Source of the DNA: a virus
Taxonomy: Duplodnaviria > Caudoviricetes
IMG/VR virus record: IMGVR_UViG_3300013016_000004
Span: 1 to 53,524 of that record
DNA: 53,524 bases
Direction: 5' to 3' (one strand)
Shown: positions 18,914-29,488 of the stretch, piece after piece
How positions within the stretch are numbered: the first letter of the stretch is position 1
Layout: the number at the start of each line of letters is the position of its first letter
Made by a program: the position numbers and the translations under genes
The notes under the pieces: generated by a model
What the model was told of the DNA's origin: nothing
Database searches by the model: none
Seen by the model: the letters and a program-made list of their open reading frames with translations, nothing else

Positions 18914-21900
18914 ATGAGCAAGGAACTGCTTTCGGTCATTAACAAATACCGCAACCCGCAACCCGAACCGGAAGAGGTTGAAGACCGCTCAACCGGCGTT
19001 CTCGGAGATACCGGGCGCATGGTGGGCCTTGGCCTTAACCAGCTGGCTGACCTTGGCGGCTTTGTGCTTGAAAAGGCGGGCGCTGAGCGTGCCGGTCAAT
19101 GGGTGCAGGACCGTGCGCAAAACCGCATGGAAGAGCTTGAACTGCAACTGACCCCAGAGCAGCAATCGGCCAACCAGAAGCAGTTTACCCGCACCGCAGA
19201 CGGTGAACTTGGAGTGGGTGAAGCCTGGACCGACCCGCGCTCCTATCTGGGCCTTATGGCGCAATCTGCCCCGTCGATGGCTGCAGGGCTTGGCGTAGGC
19301 AGTGTTCTCTCCAAGGCTGCAACCTGGGCGCTTCGCGGTTCACGCACACTAGGCGCAGCTGTGGGCTATGGGGCCGGTGAAGGCATGGTGGCCGGAGGAC
19401 TTGGCGGCAAAGAGGTGGTTGACGCCATTCGCGGCGCGTCCTACCAGGATCTGGCACAGCTTGAACCTTTTCAGCAAGCCTACCACAGCATTGAAGATGA
19501 AAGCCTCACGCACAAAGAAAAACTCGACCTCGCTCGTGAGAAGGTGGAAACTTCCGCATTCCTTGAAACAGCCGGCAAGACCGGGGCGGTGACGGCCATT
19601 CTTTCGGCACCTTCCGGGGTGATTTTTGACCGGATGCTTCGCGGAATTGGACTAAGTAAGCCTTCCGTGCCGCGCCGCTCCGATGTTCTCAAATACGCCG
19701 CCGCAGAGGGTGCGCAGGGTGGACCCCAGGAAGGCTCAGAAGCCTACTTTTCGGCCAAGGGCATTCAGAAATATGTAGACCCCTCCATCGACCCAACCGA
19801 GAACGTCCTTGAAAGCATGGTGGCAGGCGGCATTGCCGAGGCCGGTATGGGTGTTGGTTTTGGTGGCGGCGCGCACCTTTCCGGACGGAGCAGATACCAA
19901 CAAGCCGCGCAGCGCAAAAGCCAGCTTGAGCAGACCCTGTTCGATGAAAGCGGCCAGGCCAGACGCGATGCCGACCCGCGCGCCGTGCAGGAATATCTTG
20001 ACTTGACCGACGCAATGGAGCAGACCTGGGGGCAGCAGGGCCAGCCCGTCGCCTCCCCTTACCGCCAGCCTCAGACTTCGCCTGACAGTCAACTTGGCGA
20101 GACCATTCCCGGGGAACCGTTCGACCGCTACCGCGCAGGTCTTGAAGGGATGCAGGACGGTGAGACCATCCCCGGCGAAAAGCGCCGCGTGGACGTCCTC
20201 AACCCCGAAGGTGATGTGACCCGCGACCTGGTGGTGCCGCGCCCCCCGCAGATGCCGCAATTTTACGGCGAGGATTTGGGCGACACACAACCCGTTCGCC
20301 GGCCTCTGGGTCTTTTGCCTTCTCCGGTCGAAGACATCGAGGGGCAGTACGCCAATCAACTCCCGTTGCAGGACGTGATCTATCAAGGAGGTCCTATCCC
20401 ACAGAAGTCACCTCGGGGCTATGACCCGCGCGGGAGTTCAGACGACGTTCAGCAGCAGATCAACGCCCCCGGCCAGACGGTCCCGGAACCAGAGCAGACC
20501 AAGGGCGCGCAGATCGACGCCTTTCGCAAGAACAGAAAGCCCGCCGTCCTGTTTACTCCCGGACAGACCGTACCGCGCAGACTTCCCAAGGGCGCAAAAC
20601 TTGCCACGGTGCCGGACGGAACGCTGATGTACCGTGACGAGGCGAGCCTTGAAGCCGCACTTGACGGACGCATGGGCGAGGCGTTGGGCTACGGCATTGA
20701 CCAGAAACCTGTTTCCGAAACCGTTGTGACCGCCCGAGACGACCAGGGCCGCGTGGTGCAGGACGTGTTGACAGACGGACGCCCTGAAGTTCTTGACGCC
20801 GCACAGCAGGCCGCAGGAGAGGGGGGGAGCGTTGAACAAAGAAGCGCGCAGGAGGCGTTGAGCGAGAGAGTCACGACATTGCAGCCAGAGCGCCGGCGGT
20901 TTATCGAGAGCAAGGTGCGCGAACTTGGCAGTGTTGATGCAGTAGACGCGAAGTATCGAGGTAAAGCCCCGGTTGATGCCTACGCCAGAGAGTTCGCCCG
21001 GCAGCAGTTTGGGAGTGAAGCACGGGGAGAAACCAGACCGACCAAACGACCCGCCGAGCTATCGAGATCCGACCAGCGTAACGAGCCTGCGAAAGATCCT
21101 CAAGCAGAGGCAGTCGCCAAGGCCGTTGATGGACGCCGCAATGCCCAAGCCTTTACCGTCACCGACCCGCAGGCTAAGATGGACGGATATGTGTTCGTCA
21201 ATGGTGGCCGGAAGAACGATAAGTGGCAGGTCATTGGTCCAAACGGCAAGCCGCGCCCCGTAAGCCGCACTTTGCTTGAGCGGTTTGATCGGGCGAGGAG
21301 TCAGGGGCAGACGCAACCGTATGTACCTGCCGGACAAAAAACCGGACAAGAAGCCGGACAATTCCCGGACATGGACGAGATGGTGCGCGAAGCGGCCCGC
21401 TGGCGCGGGGCGGCCCTGAACTTTGCAGATACCCTGGACAATCGAGGCAAGATGCGCGTCTCCAAACAGACCACCAAGGGCGACCTCGATGCTTACCTGA
21501 TGCGCCGGTTTGGGATTGATGAGACAGCCGCCCGTGACGTGTCCAACGAACTGACTCGCCGCAATATCCAAGATGACAGGTCCGCCGATCCAGCAGAATA
21601 CGCCGGTGAGCCGTGGGCGAAATCTCAAAAACCCGCCGATCTGCCAAGCACAGACGCGGTTACGGCACAGACGAGGCCAGCAGGACGTACAGACGCCCAA
21701 CGCGCCAACGATGAACGTCTACGCCGTGAGCGCAACAAGGTTAACCCTGAGACAGATGACATTATCCGTGCGATCTCCAAACTCGGTGGCATTGACATGG
21801 AGCAGGCCCGCAGAGAATGGTGGGGCACAGCCATCACCGATGTCTCCAAGGAATTGCGAAAACGACAGGTGTTCGGCAAGCCGGTACTTCGCCGGAAGAA

Positions 21901-24900
21901 TGGCCGCACCCTCGACGGTATGGTTGAAGCCCTGCGGGAATATGACTATCTGCAACCAGATGTAGACGGCAATTACACCATCAACGGAATGCTTGAAGCA
22001 CTCGACAGCGCCATTCGCGGCCAGGACGTGCGCTCAGAGCAGTATCAATACGACGAGAACATTTACGAAGAAGCGCCGCCGCAGCCCGATGTGGATGAAT
22101 ATTTTGCCTTCGATGATGCGGAGCTTGCTGAGGACGGGTATAATGATCTAAGTGACCCTGCGCGTGAAGCCTATGAAACGCTCGCAGAGCAGATGGACGC
22201 TGATTTCCTTGAACGCCTTGCTATCGAATCGGAAGGTTTAAGCGATGCCGAATACTACCAAAAAGCAATCCCCCTTCTCCAAGAGCGCCTTGGACAAGTT
22301 CAACAAGCTGACGCCGCAGGAGCAGGAACAAGTGCTGAAGGTTCTCGCCAAGACGGGAGCCAGAGCGGGCCGCAAAGTGATCGAGGACAAGTCCTAACCG
22401 AGCAGACCGAAGCAGGGGAGCAGACCAAAATGTTTGCCACCCCGCCGACTTTCGGAAAAAGACCGCAGGGACAGAACGCCACGCTTGATGACATGGCGCT
22501 GTATTCCGAACCATTGGAACGTGCAGAAAATGCACGGCAGGGCGATATGTTTGATTCCGCCCCCAATGCCGAAGAGCAGACGACAGAGGCGGCAGGGGAG
22601 GACATTGAAGCTAGAATAGCCGAGGCAGAAAAGAATGGTGTTGCTTTAAGCGATTCTGACAAGAAGAAAATCGTTGAACTGTCAAGGGAGGCAGAGGACC
22701 AGCGGAGAAAAGCGGGAGTGCTTGCCGATACGGACCCGATGAACAAGGGCAACGCCTTTCCTTTAGGTGTCGGCTTCACCAAAATGACAAGACGGAAAGA
22801 AAGGGCCATTGACTCGTCGATAGACAAGGCGACAAAGGCCAACGCTTTGTTCGGCAAGGCTGAATCGGCTGAAAAAAGTATTTCCGCGATGTTGGAGGGC
22901 AAGGGAACCGAATCTGATATTGCGGAAAAGGCGAAGAGAAAAGCAAGAACCCGCCTTGAACTGGCAGCAAAGTTTTCCGGTCTGAGCAAGGGCGATGTCG
23001 TCGGCGGAATGACCGTTGAGCGGGTGAGCAAGGACCGTGACGGATATCCCTCTTCTTTCACCATTTCCGGGAAAGACATCATCAAGGGTGTCAACGACAA
23101 GGTTGATATTGTCCGGGAATTTTTTGGCGGCGACAAGGACGGCTACCGTGAATTAATAAATGAAGTGAGGTCTAAGGCGGGAGAGCAGCCGACAGAGACG
23201 GCAGGAAACGACAGTCCTGAGAGCATTGTGCTGACTGACTCCGAGGCCAAGGAAGGAAGAAGGCTTGAACGACAGATAAAAGCGGCGAAGGCAAGAGGAG
23301 ACGGAGACGCTGTTGATGCCCTTGAAGAAAAGATGGAGGCCAGAAGGCAGAAGATATACCAAAGGGTGAAAAGGGAAAGCAATCAGCCGCAGACGGCTGA
23401 AAGCACAGACACCAAGATTGAGGACTTCGGGGAAAAAATCGGCGGGGCGCGCAAAGACATGACGCCTTCACTCGACAGAACCTTCTCCGATGACGACATT
23501 GCCTCAATGCCGCTGAGCAAGATCTGGCCGACCAAGGAAGTTGACCAGATCGAGGACAACACTCTTGCCGCAATCGCCACGACGATTCGTGCGGAAATCC
23601 CCGCAAAGCCGCGCAAAAGCTACAACGTGGACCGTTGGGTCGAAAAGGTCAAGGCGATCCGGGAGTTGATGCGTCACGCGCAAAGGCTCGGGCGCGATGC
23701 GTTTCTTGAAAAACTGCGGCAGAATTACACCCTCACCAAACTGGCCGACAAGATAGAGACTCTTGAGAACATCGACCGCAAGCATTGGGGGCGCATTGAG
23801 AGTGTTCAGTTTTACCCCGACGCTTTCCAGTACACGGATAATGGAACCGTCAGCAAGCCCATGACCGGGGCCGTGGTAGACAAGCGGCACAAGACCATTG
23901 ACGGCAAAGTGACACCCCAAGAGGTCGCCGAAGAGTTGACCAAAATCCTTGAGGGGCAATCGAGCAACAAGCGCATTCAGTTCGAGGTGCGCGGGCGCAA
24001 AGGCGCATTCTTTATCAACAAGAATGGCGATCCTGAACGCCGCAGGCTTAAAGAGTTCTCCTCTTCGAAAGAAGCCTTCGACTTCCTCAAGGACAACTAC
24101 GAGGACGTTGTGGCGCAGTGGGAGGCGGTCAAGGAGCGCGATAACGTCAAAAAATCAGACGTGCGCAGCAAAGAGAACCGCCCCAGGGCCGGAGCAAACT
24201 ACCGAAACGGCAAGGACGTAACGCCGGAACAGTTTGTCGATGCGTTTGGCTTTCGCGGCGTGGAGTTCGGAAATTGGGTCGGGCAGGGCAAAAACTCAAG
24301 AGAGCGCCAGGGGATGCTCAATCAAGCTTACGATGCCCTGATGGATCTCTCCAACATCGTCGGCATTCCCCCCAAGGCCATATCCTTAAACGGCACCCTT
24401 GGTCTCGGCTTTGGTTCGCGCGGCAGAGGCGCGGCAGCGGCACACTTTGAGCCGGACACTTTAGCGATCAACCTGACCAAGACCCGTGGGGCGGGAAGTC
24501 TTGGGCATGAATGGTTTCACGCTTTGGATAACTATTTCTCCCGCCTGCGGGGTGGAGAGGTCACGCTTCGCCAGGGCATGGGAGCGCAAAACGCCTATCG
24601 GGAAAGCAATTTCATCACCCACCGGCCCGAACCAATGATGGTTCACAAAAGCCAGCGTTCTACACCAATCACCAGGGCGCGGCTGGCTGAATTGCGCAAA
24701 AGCAACCCCGGCAGCGGCTATCTGGCCGAAGAAAACTGGATCGTTGACCCGAACCACAAGCAGGGTGTGAGGCCGGAGGTCGAAAGCACCTTTGCCGAAC
24801 TGGTGAAGGCTCTCGATGAATCGCCCATGCGTGAGCGTTCCGCCAGAAATGACAAGACGGAAAACGGCTATTGGAGCCGCACCCTTGAGCGGGCGGCACG

Positions 24901-27900
24901 GGCTTTTGAAAACTATGTCATCGACAAGATGATGAAGCGCGGCTTTCACAACGACTACCTTGCAAATGTGGTTGGAGAGGCCGACTTCGCAAGAAACCCT
25001 GACCGCTACCCCTATTTGCTCGAAAGTGAGCTTGAACCGATTGCCAAGGCGTTTGACGACCTGTTTTTAACGGTGAAGACCAAAGAAACCGACCAGGGCG
25101 TAGTACTTTATTCAAGGGGCCAGGAAACAGCAACCTCTCTCCCCAAAGACACCCTGCAATCCCACGTCGCAGGCATCGTTAAAAAGTGGAAGGACAACCC
25201 GCCGATCAACGTCGTGCAAAACGAGGGCGAGTTGCCCCAGGCCATCCGCTCTGATATCGCCGAAGCCAACGCAGACGGTGAGGTCCGAGGCGTCTTTCAC
25301 CGAGGCAGCATCTACCTTGTGGCGGACAACCTCACTACCACCGCCCAAGCTGAGGAAGCCCTCTTCCATGAGGCATTGGGTCACTACGGGATGCGCCGCC
25401 TGTTCGGGCCGCAGTTTAACCAGTCAATGGCGAAGCTCTACACCGCCCTCGGCAAAGAAGCGGGCATTCGCAGACTTGCCGAGCAGTACGGCATTGATCT
25501 TAAAGACTACATCGACAACGCAGGGCATCTTTCCGCCACACAGCGAGAACGCATGATGGTTGACGAACTGGTGTCCCATCTTCTCGGCGACAACGTTCAG
25601 CCCAACCTTGTGCAGCGCGTGGTGGGTGCTATCCGCAACGCCATCCGGCGCATGGGCCTTGCGCAGCTGGCCGACTTCAACAACGCGGATCTTCTGCGGC
25701 TGGTGCGTCTTTCGCGTGAGGCTGTGACCAAGGGCAAGCGCGGCAGTGTGATTGTCACGGCGGCCCCTTCAGTGACGGATTTCAACCAACCCCTTCGCGG
25801 GATGCCTGAGAATATTGTACAGATGATGATGGGGTCGGACTTGTCGCGGGCTGGAGGGCCGGCTCGCCTTGCGAACGTACCCTTGCGCCGATTTGAAAAA
25901 GTGCGTGATGAATTTGCCGACTTGTTGGATAGCCGCGATATTCACCACGGGCTCCGAGTCATGTCGCCGCAACAGGTGATGGATGAAGTTGATTGGCTCA
26001 TGCAGTTTTTCAGCAATGACCCTGCGGCACTCACCCAAGCAAAATCATTGTACCGACCTTTGGAGGTTGCATTCGGCAGCCTTGCGCGGCTGGACAAAGG
26101 GGCAGTGTCGCGCGCACAAAAGCCCACCACAAAGGACATTCCAGATCCGGAAGAAACTTTAAGGGGAGAGGCAGTTGAAGCACGCCAAGATGAGAGCGGC
26201 AAGTGGTTTAAGGTGAATAAGCGTGGCGAGTGGGGTTCTGTGCCCTACGAAACCAAAGCAGAGGCAATGGGCACCTTCGACCCGGCAACCCCGGATATCC
26301 GCTATTCACGTTCCCCGGAAGCCCGCGCTATTCGCAACCCGGCGCTTGATACTTTCGACGCAACGCTAAAAAAACTCGAAGACCGCGTGCATAAGGTGCC
26401 GGAAGTCTACGCGCGCAACTTCGGCTACAACTCAACGCTTGGTTCGGTGCGCGAAGCTCTCAACTCTCTGCGCGGCGGCAAGACCGACTGGCGCACCCAG
26501 CTGCTTGACCGCTACAACCCGATCAAGCAAAACCTTGGAGACGCCGCTTACATTGCCCACCGGATGCTCAACAACGCCGGTAACGTGCTTGCCACATGGC
26601 TTGAGCATGGCGGCATTAAATGGGACGGCGGCGCAACCACAGTCACGGGTAAGGGGCAAGGCTTCCTGCGCTGGTACAAGGAATTGGGGCAGGAAAACGG
26701 GCGCAAACTCTTAGCCTGGATTGCGGTACAGCGGGCCAAGAAACTCGAAGCAGAAGGGCGCGAGAACCTTCTAACTAAGCCGCAGCGTGACGAGCTTGAA
26801 GCCTGGATCGGCAACGACCATGACTGGAAGGCCCTGAATGAAAAATTTCAATCCTACAACAGGGAAATCCTCGACCTTGCGCAAGAGTCTGGGCTGATCA
26901 ACGCCGAGGCCCGCAAGACCTGGGAGGATAATTTCTATATCCCCTTCTACCGCGAGGACGGCACGCTTGACGAGGATGCGCTGCACCCGGTTAAAAGCAA
27001 GCGCCATATCTCGGCACAGATCAAGAGGCTCAAAGGCGGCGAGAATAAAATCTCCGACCTTCTGGAAAACACCATGCGCAATTGGGGGCATCTGATCCAG
27101 GAGTCGCAGCGCAATGTGGCGCGGGCCAAGGCGGTTGACGCTGGTCTTGGACTTGGCTTTATCGAAGAGGTCACACCCCCCGAAGCGATCCGCGAATCAA
27201 AGGCGGCGCGGCGTGAAAGCCAGATTGTCTCCTATGCAGTCGATGGCAAGAAACGCTATGTGCGCGTTGAAGATATGGCTTTGTTCAACGCCATGTCTGA
27301 GGTCAATATCGAATATTTCAACGGCCCGGTCATGCGTCTCTTTGGCATGGCGAAAAGGGGCCTGACCTATGGCGCGACCTTCGGGCCGGCGTTCCGCGTA
27401 GCCAACATGATGCGAGACACCTTGCAGACAGCGGTTGTCTCCAAGTCGTTCATGCCGGTTGTCGATACCGTCAAAGGTGCCGTGCAGGTCATGAAAAACT
27501 CCGATGACTACGTTGCCGTCATGGGTTCCGGCGGCGGCTTCGGACAGGGGTATTTGAACGCCAACGACCCCAAGGCCATGAGCCGACAGATCAAAAAGAT
27601 TGCCAAGCGCGAAGGCAACGGCGCAGCAGGGCGCATTCTCGACACCCCGCGCAAGATGCTTGAGTTCTGGGACTATCTTGGTCACGTCTCGGAGATGGCG
27701 GCAAGAACACAGCTTTACACCAACCACCGCCATGCGGGGAAGACGCACGAAGAGGCAGCCTTCTTATCCCGCGACGTGCTTGATTTCGCGCTCTCCGGCG
27801 AATCAAAATCGGTGCGCGCGGCAATCTCCGTGATTCCATTTCTCAATGCCCGCTTTCAGGGCCTGGACCGTATGTATCGCGGCTGGCAGAACGACAAGCG

Positions 27901-28825
27901 CGCTTTCACCTACAAGGGGGCTCTTCTGTCGGCGGCCACCCTGACCCTGTGGGCCGCGTTCAAAGACGACGAGCGCTACAAGGAGCTTGAAGATTGGGAT
28001 AAGTGGACCTATCACCACTTCTGGATTGGCGATATGCACTACCGCATTCCAAAGGCGTTTGAAGTCGGTGCGCTGTTTTCCTCCCTGCCGGAAGCGGCGG
28101 CGGAGGCCATCAGCGGCAACGAGGACGGCGCGTATTTCGGAGAATTTCTGTGGCACACCCTGAGTCAGACCTTCGCCCTGAGTTACCCGGCACTGATGAG
28201 TCCTGCGCTTGAGGTGCAGGCCAACAAGAGCTTTTTCACCGGGCGGCCCATTGAGAACATAGGCGATGAACAAAAGCCCCCCGGCCTGCGCGCTGATCCG
28301 TGGACCTCTGAGACGCTTAAAGCCATTGGCGAGAAATACAACATCAGCCCCAAAAAACTTGAAACCCTGATCCGTGGACATTTCGCAACGCTGGGCATGA
28401 CGATCCTTGGCGTATCTGATATTGCCTACCAGTGGACGCAAACCAACGAGCGGCCAGCCAGGACAATCAACCAATACCCGCTTGTCGGGCGTTTCGTGCG
28501 CGATCCTCTTGGCCGCACCAAGTACGCAACCCGCGTATACGATACATTCAAAGAGATTGATGAGTTGGCGGCAACCATAAACCATTACCGAAAGTCCGGC
28601 GATCTTGAAATGGCGCGCCAGGTGGCAAGTGAAAACCGCGACACGCTTAAATACAAGGCGTTTGCCCAGGCGGTCAAGCGCCAGCTGTCCAATATCCGCA
28701 AATTAGAGCGCGCCATCTGGCAAAACGAGCGGCTGGACGCTGAGCAAAAGCGTGAACGGCTCGACAACCTGACCGAAAGAAAGCGCACCATTTACAAAAA
28801 GGCATACGAGATCCTTGAAAAATAA
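18914..28825 (+). CDS. Large polyvalent ejection protein (LPD1/LPD5-like, zincin-like motifs, LPD38-like C-terminus)
   Basis: 3303 aa; KIEDFGEKIGGARKD, FGFRGVEFGNW, GSLGHEWFHALD, ARAFE, FHEALGHYG, IPFLNA..QG, YRIPKAFE motifs. Confidence 0.8.
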   Translation: MSKELLSVINKYRNPQPEPEEVEDRSTGVLGDTGRMVGLGLNQLADLGGFVLEKAGAERAGQWVQDRAQNRMEELELQLTPEQQSANQKQFTRTADGELGVGEAWTDPRSYLGLMAQSAPSMAAGLGVGSVLSKAATWALRGSRTLGAAVGYGAGEGMVAGGLGGKEVVDAIRGASYQDLAQLEPFQQAYHSIEDESLTHKEKLDLAREKVETSAFLETAGKTGAVTAILSAPSGVIFDRMLRGIGLSKPSVPRRSDVLKYAAAEGAQGGPQEGSEAYFSAKGIQKYVDPSIDPTENVLESMVAGGIAEAGMGVGFGGGAHLSGRSRYQQAAQRKSQLEQTLFDESGQARRDADPRAVQEYLDLTDAMEQTWGQQGQPVASPYRQPQTSPDSQLGETIPGEPFDRYRAGLEGMQDGETIPGEKRRVDVLNPEGDVTRDLVVPRPPQMPQFYGEDLGDTQPVRRPLGLLPSPVEDIEGQYANQLPLQDVIYQGGPIPQKSPRGYDPRGSSDDVQQQINAPGQTVPEPEQTKGAQIDAFRKNRKPAVLFTPGQTVPRRLPKGAKLATVPDGTLMYRDEASLEAALDGRMGEALGYGIDQKPVSETVVTARDDQGRVVQDVLTDGRPEVLDAAQQAAGEGGSVEQRSAQEALSERVTTLQPERRRFIESKVRELGSVDAVDAKYRGKAPVDAYAREFARQQFGSEARGETRPTKRPAELSRSDQRNEPAKDPQAEAVAKAVDGRRNAQAFTVTDPQAKMDGYVFVNGGRKNDKWQVIGPNGKPRPVSRTLLERFDRARSQGQTQPYVPAGQKTGQEAGQFPDMDEMVREAARWRGAALNFADTLDNRGKMRVSKQTTKGDLDAYLMRRFGIDETAARDVSNELTRRNIQDDRSADPAEYAGEPWAKSQKPADLPSTDAVTAQTRPAGRTDAQRANDERLRRERNKVNPETDDIIRAISKLGGIDMEQARREWWGTAITDVSKELRKRQVFGKPVLRRKNGRTLDGMVEALREYDYLQPDVDGNYTINGMLEALDSAIRGQDVRSEQYQYDENIYEEAPPQPDVDEYFAFDDAELAEDGYNDLSDPAREAYETLAEQMDADFLERLAIESEGLSDAEYYQKAIPLLQERLGQVQQADAAGAGTSAEGSRQDGSQSGPQSDRGQVLTEQTEAGEQTKMFATPPTFGKRPQGQNATLDDMALYSEPLERAENARQGDMFDSAPNAEEQTTEAAGEDIEARIAEAEKNGVALSDSDKKKIVELSREAEDQRRKAGVLADTDPMNKGNAFPLGVGFTKMTRRKERAIDSSIDKATKANALFGKAESAEKSISAMLEGKGTESDIAEKAKRKARTRLELAAKFSGLSKGDVVGGMTVERVSKDRDGYPSSFTISGKDIIKGVNDKVDIVREFFGGDKDGYRELINEVRSKAGEQPTETAGNDSPESIVLTDSEAKEGRRLERQIKAAKARGDGDAVDALEEKMEARRQKIYQRVKRESNQPQTAESTDTKIEDFGEKIGGARKDMTPSLDRTFSDDDIASMPLSKIWPTKEVDQIEDNTLAAIATTIRAEIPAKPRKSYNVDRWVEKVKAIRELMRHAQRLGRDAFLEKLRQNYTLTKLADKIETLENIDRKHWGRIESVQFYPDAFQYTDNGTVSKPMTGAVVDKRHKTIDGKVTPQEVAEELTKILEGQSSNKRIQFEVRGRKGAFFINKNGDPERRRLKEFSSSKEAFDFLKDNYEDVVAQWEAVKERDNVKKSDVRSKENRPRAGANYRNGKDVTPEQFVDAFGFRGVEFGNWVGQGKNSRERQGMLNQAYDALMDLSNIVGIPPKAISLNGTLGLGFGSRGRGAAAAHFEPDTLAINLTKTRGAGSLGHEWFHALDNYFSRLRGGEVTLRQGMGAQNAYRESNFITHRPEPMMVHKSQRSTPITRARLAELRKSNPGSGYLAEENWIVDPNHKQGVRPEVESTFAELVKALDESPMRERSARNDKTENGYWSRTLERAARAFENYVIDKMMKRGFHNDYLANVVGEADFARNPDRYPYLLESELEPIAKAFDDLFLTVKTKETDQGVVLYSRGQETATSLPKDTLQSHVAGIVKKWKDNPPINVVQNEGELPQAIRSDIAEANADGEVRGVFHRGSIYLVADNLTTTAQAEEALFHEALGHYGMRRLFGPQFNQSMAKLYTALGKEAGIRRLAEQYGIDLKDYIDNAGHLSATQRERMMVDELVSHLLGDNVQPNLVQRVVGAIRNAIRRMGLAQLADFNNADLLRLVRLSREAVTKGKRGSVIVTAAPSVTDFNQPLRGMPENIVQMMMGSDLSRAGGPARLANVPLRRFEKVRDEFADLLDSRDIHHGLRVMSPQQVMDEVDWLMQFFSNDPAALTQAKSLYRPLEVAFGSLARLDKGAVSRAQKPTTKDIPDPEETLRGEAVEARQDESGKWFKVNKRGEWGSVPYETKAEAMGTFDPATPDIRYSRSPEARAIRNPALDTFDATLKKLEDRVHKVPEVYARNFGYNSTLGSVREALNSLRGGKTDWRTQLLDRYNPIKQNLGDAAYIAHRMLNNAGNVLATWLEHGGIKWDGGATTVTGKGQGFLRWYKELGQENGRKLLAWIAVQRAKKLEAEGRENLLTKPQRDELEAWIGNDHDWKALNEKFQSYNREILDLAQESGLINAEARKTWEDNFYIPFYREDGTLDEDALHPVKSKRHISAQIKRLKGGENKISDLLENTMRNWGHLIQESQRNVARAKAVDAGLGLGFIEEVTPPEAIRESKAARRESQIVSYAVDGKKRYVRVEDMALFNAMSEVNIEYFNGPVMRLFGMAKRGLTYGATFGPAFRVANMMRDTLQTAVVSKSFMPVVDTVKGAVQVMKNSDDYVAVMGSGGGFGQGYLNANDPKAMSRQIKKIAKREGNGAAGRILDTPRKMLEFWDYLGHVSEMAARTQLYTNHRHAGKTHEEAAFLSRDVLDFALSGESKSVRAAISVIPFLNARFQGLDRMYRGWQNDKRAFTYKGALLSAATLTLWAAFKDDERYKELEDWDKWTYHHFWIGDMHYRIPKAFEVGALFSSLPEAAAEAISGNEDGAYFGEFLWHTLSQTFALSYPALMSPALEVQANKSFFTGRPIENIGDEQKPPGLRADPWTSETLKAIGEKYNISPKKLETLIRGHFATLGMTILGVSDIAYQWTQTNERPARTINQYPLVGRFVRDPLGRTKYATRVYDTFKEIDELAATINHYRKSGDLEMARQVASENRDTLKYKAFAQAVKRQLSNIRKLERAIWQNERLDAEQKRERLDNLTERKRTIYKKAYEILEK

Positions 28826-28848
28826 CCTTGGTCGGGTAAAATGAGCAC

Positions 28849-28977
28849 ATGAAAGAAGCGGAAGCCCTCGGGCATATATTTCTGTGGTGCTTTGGCATCA
28901 CGCTCATGATGTTCGGCGGGCTTGTCGGCTTCTGGTGCGGCCTTGCCTTTCTCGCCTGGACCTGTTCTCGCTACTAA
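28849..28977 (+). CDS. 42-aa hydrophobic membrane peptide (MKEAEALGHIFLWCFGITLMMFGGLVGFWCGLAFLAWTCSRY)
   Basis: Translated by hand; preceded by TTGAAA-16-TAAAAT. Confidence 0.45.
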   Translation: MKEAEALGHIFLWCFGITLMMFGGLVGFWCGLAFLAWTCSRY

Positions 28978-29068
28978 CTCCCGCAGAATTAGACAAAAGA
29001 CAGCCTGAAGAAGAAAATGGTTCGTAGATAATTCATATCTGCGGACCATTTTTTTTGCGGGATAGCTT

Positions 29069-29350
29069 ATGTCTGAACAAATGAGCGGGGAGGACATCCC
29101 CAACAGGTGTACCGCCCACTCGGGGATGGATTCAAAACTCTCCGTCAATCTCTTCCTCAACGCCATAGGCACCATCCTTTTAGCCTATATGATTACCCTT
29201 GCCCTCAATATTCAATCTTCGATTTCCGTCAATACCGAAAAGCTCATGGCGATAGAAAAGCGCGTGGATAGGGTCGAACAGGTCAATGACCTTCTGCGCG
29301 AACGCATCAACCGAATTGAGGTGAGGGGCGGCAATGACGTGCGGCCTTAA
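29069..29350 (+). CDS. Single-TM coiled-coil protein (holin/antiholin-like)
   Basis: One hydrophobic helix plus coiled coil at the start of the lysis module. Confidence 0.5.
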   Translation: MSEQMSGEDIPNRCTAHSGMDSKLSVNLFLNAIGTILLAYMITLALNIQSSISVNTEKLMAIEKRVDRVEQVNDLLRERINRIEVRGGNDVRP

Positions 29351-29488
29351 AGTCCTCTGCGGTCAGAAACCCTTTGTGCGCGAGGTGACATGCGGCGGCA
29401 AAATCGTGACCGATGGCAGAGAAGATTCGCCAGATTTTTACTACGAATGCCTTTCCTGCGGCGCAACGTGGAGCGACGGACGCAAGCC

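Noticed and set aside
20097-20180. GETIPGE duplicated twice in the giant protein
   Set aside because: Short local duplication in a low-complexity linker; no further structure
28792-29175. 127-aa minus-strand ORF
   Set aside because: Overlaps two plus-strand genes; the plus-strand micropeptide has better support
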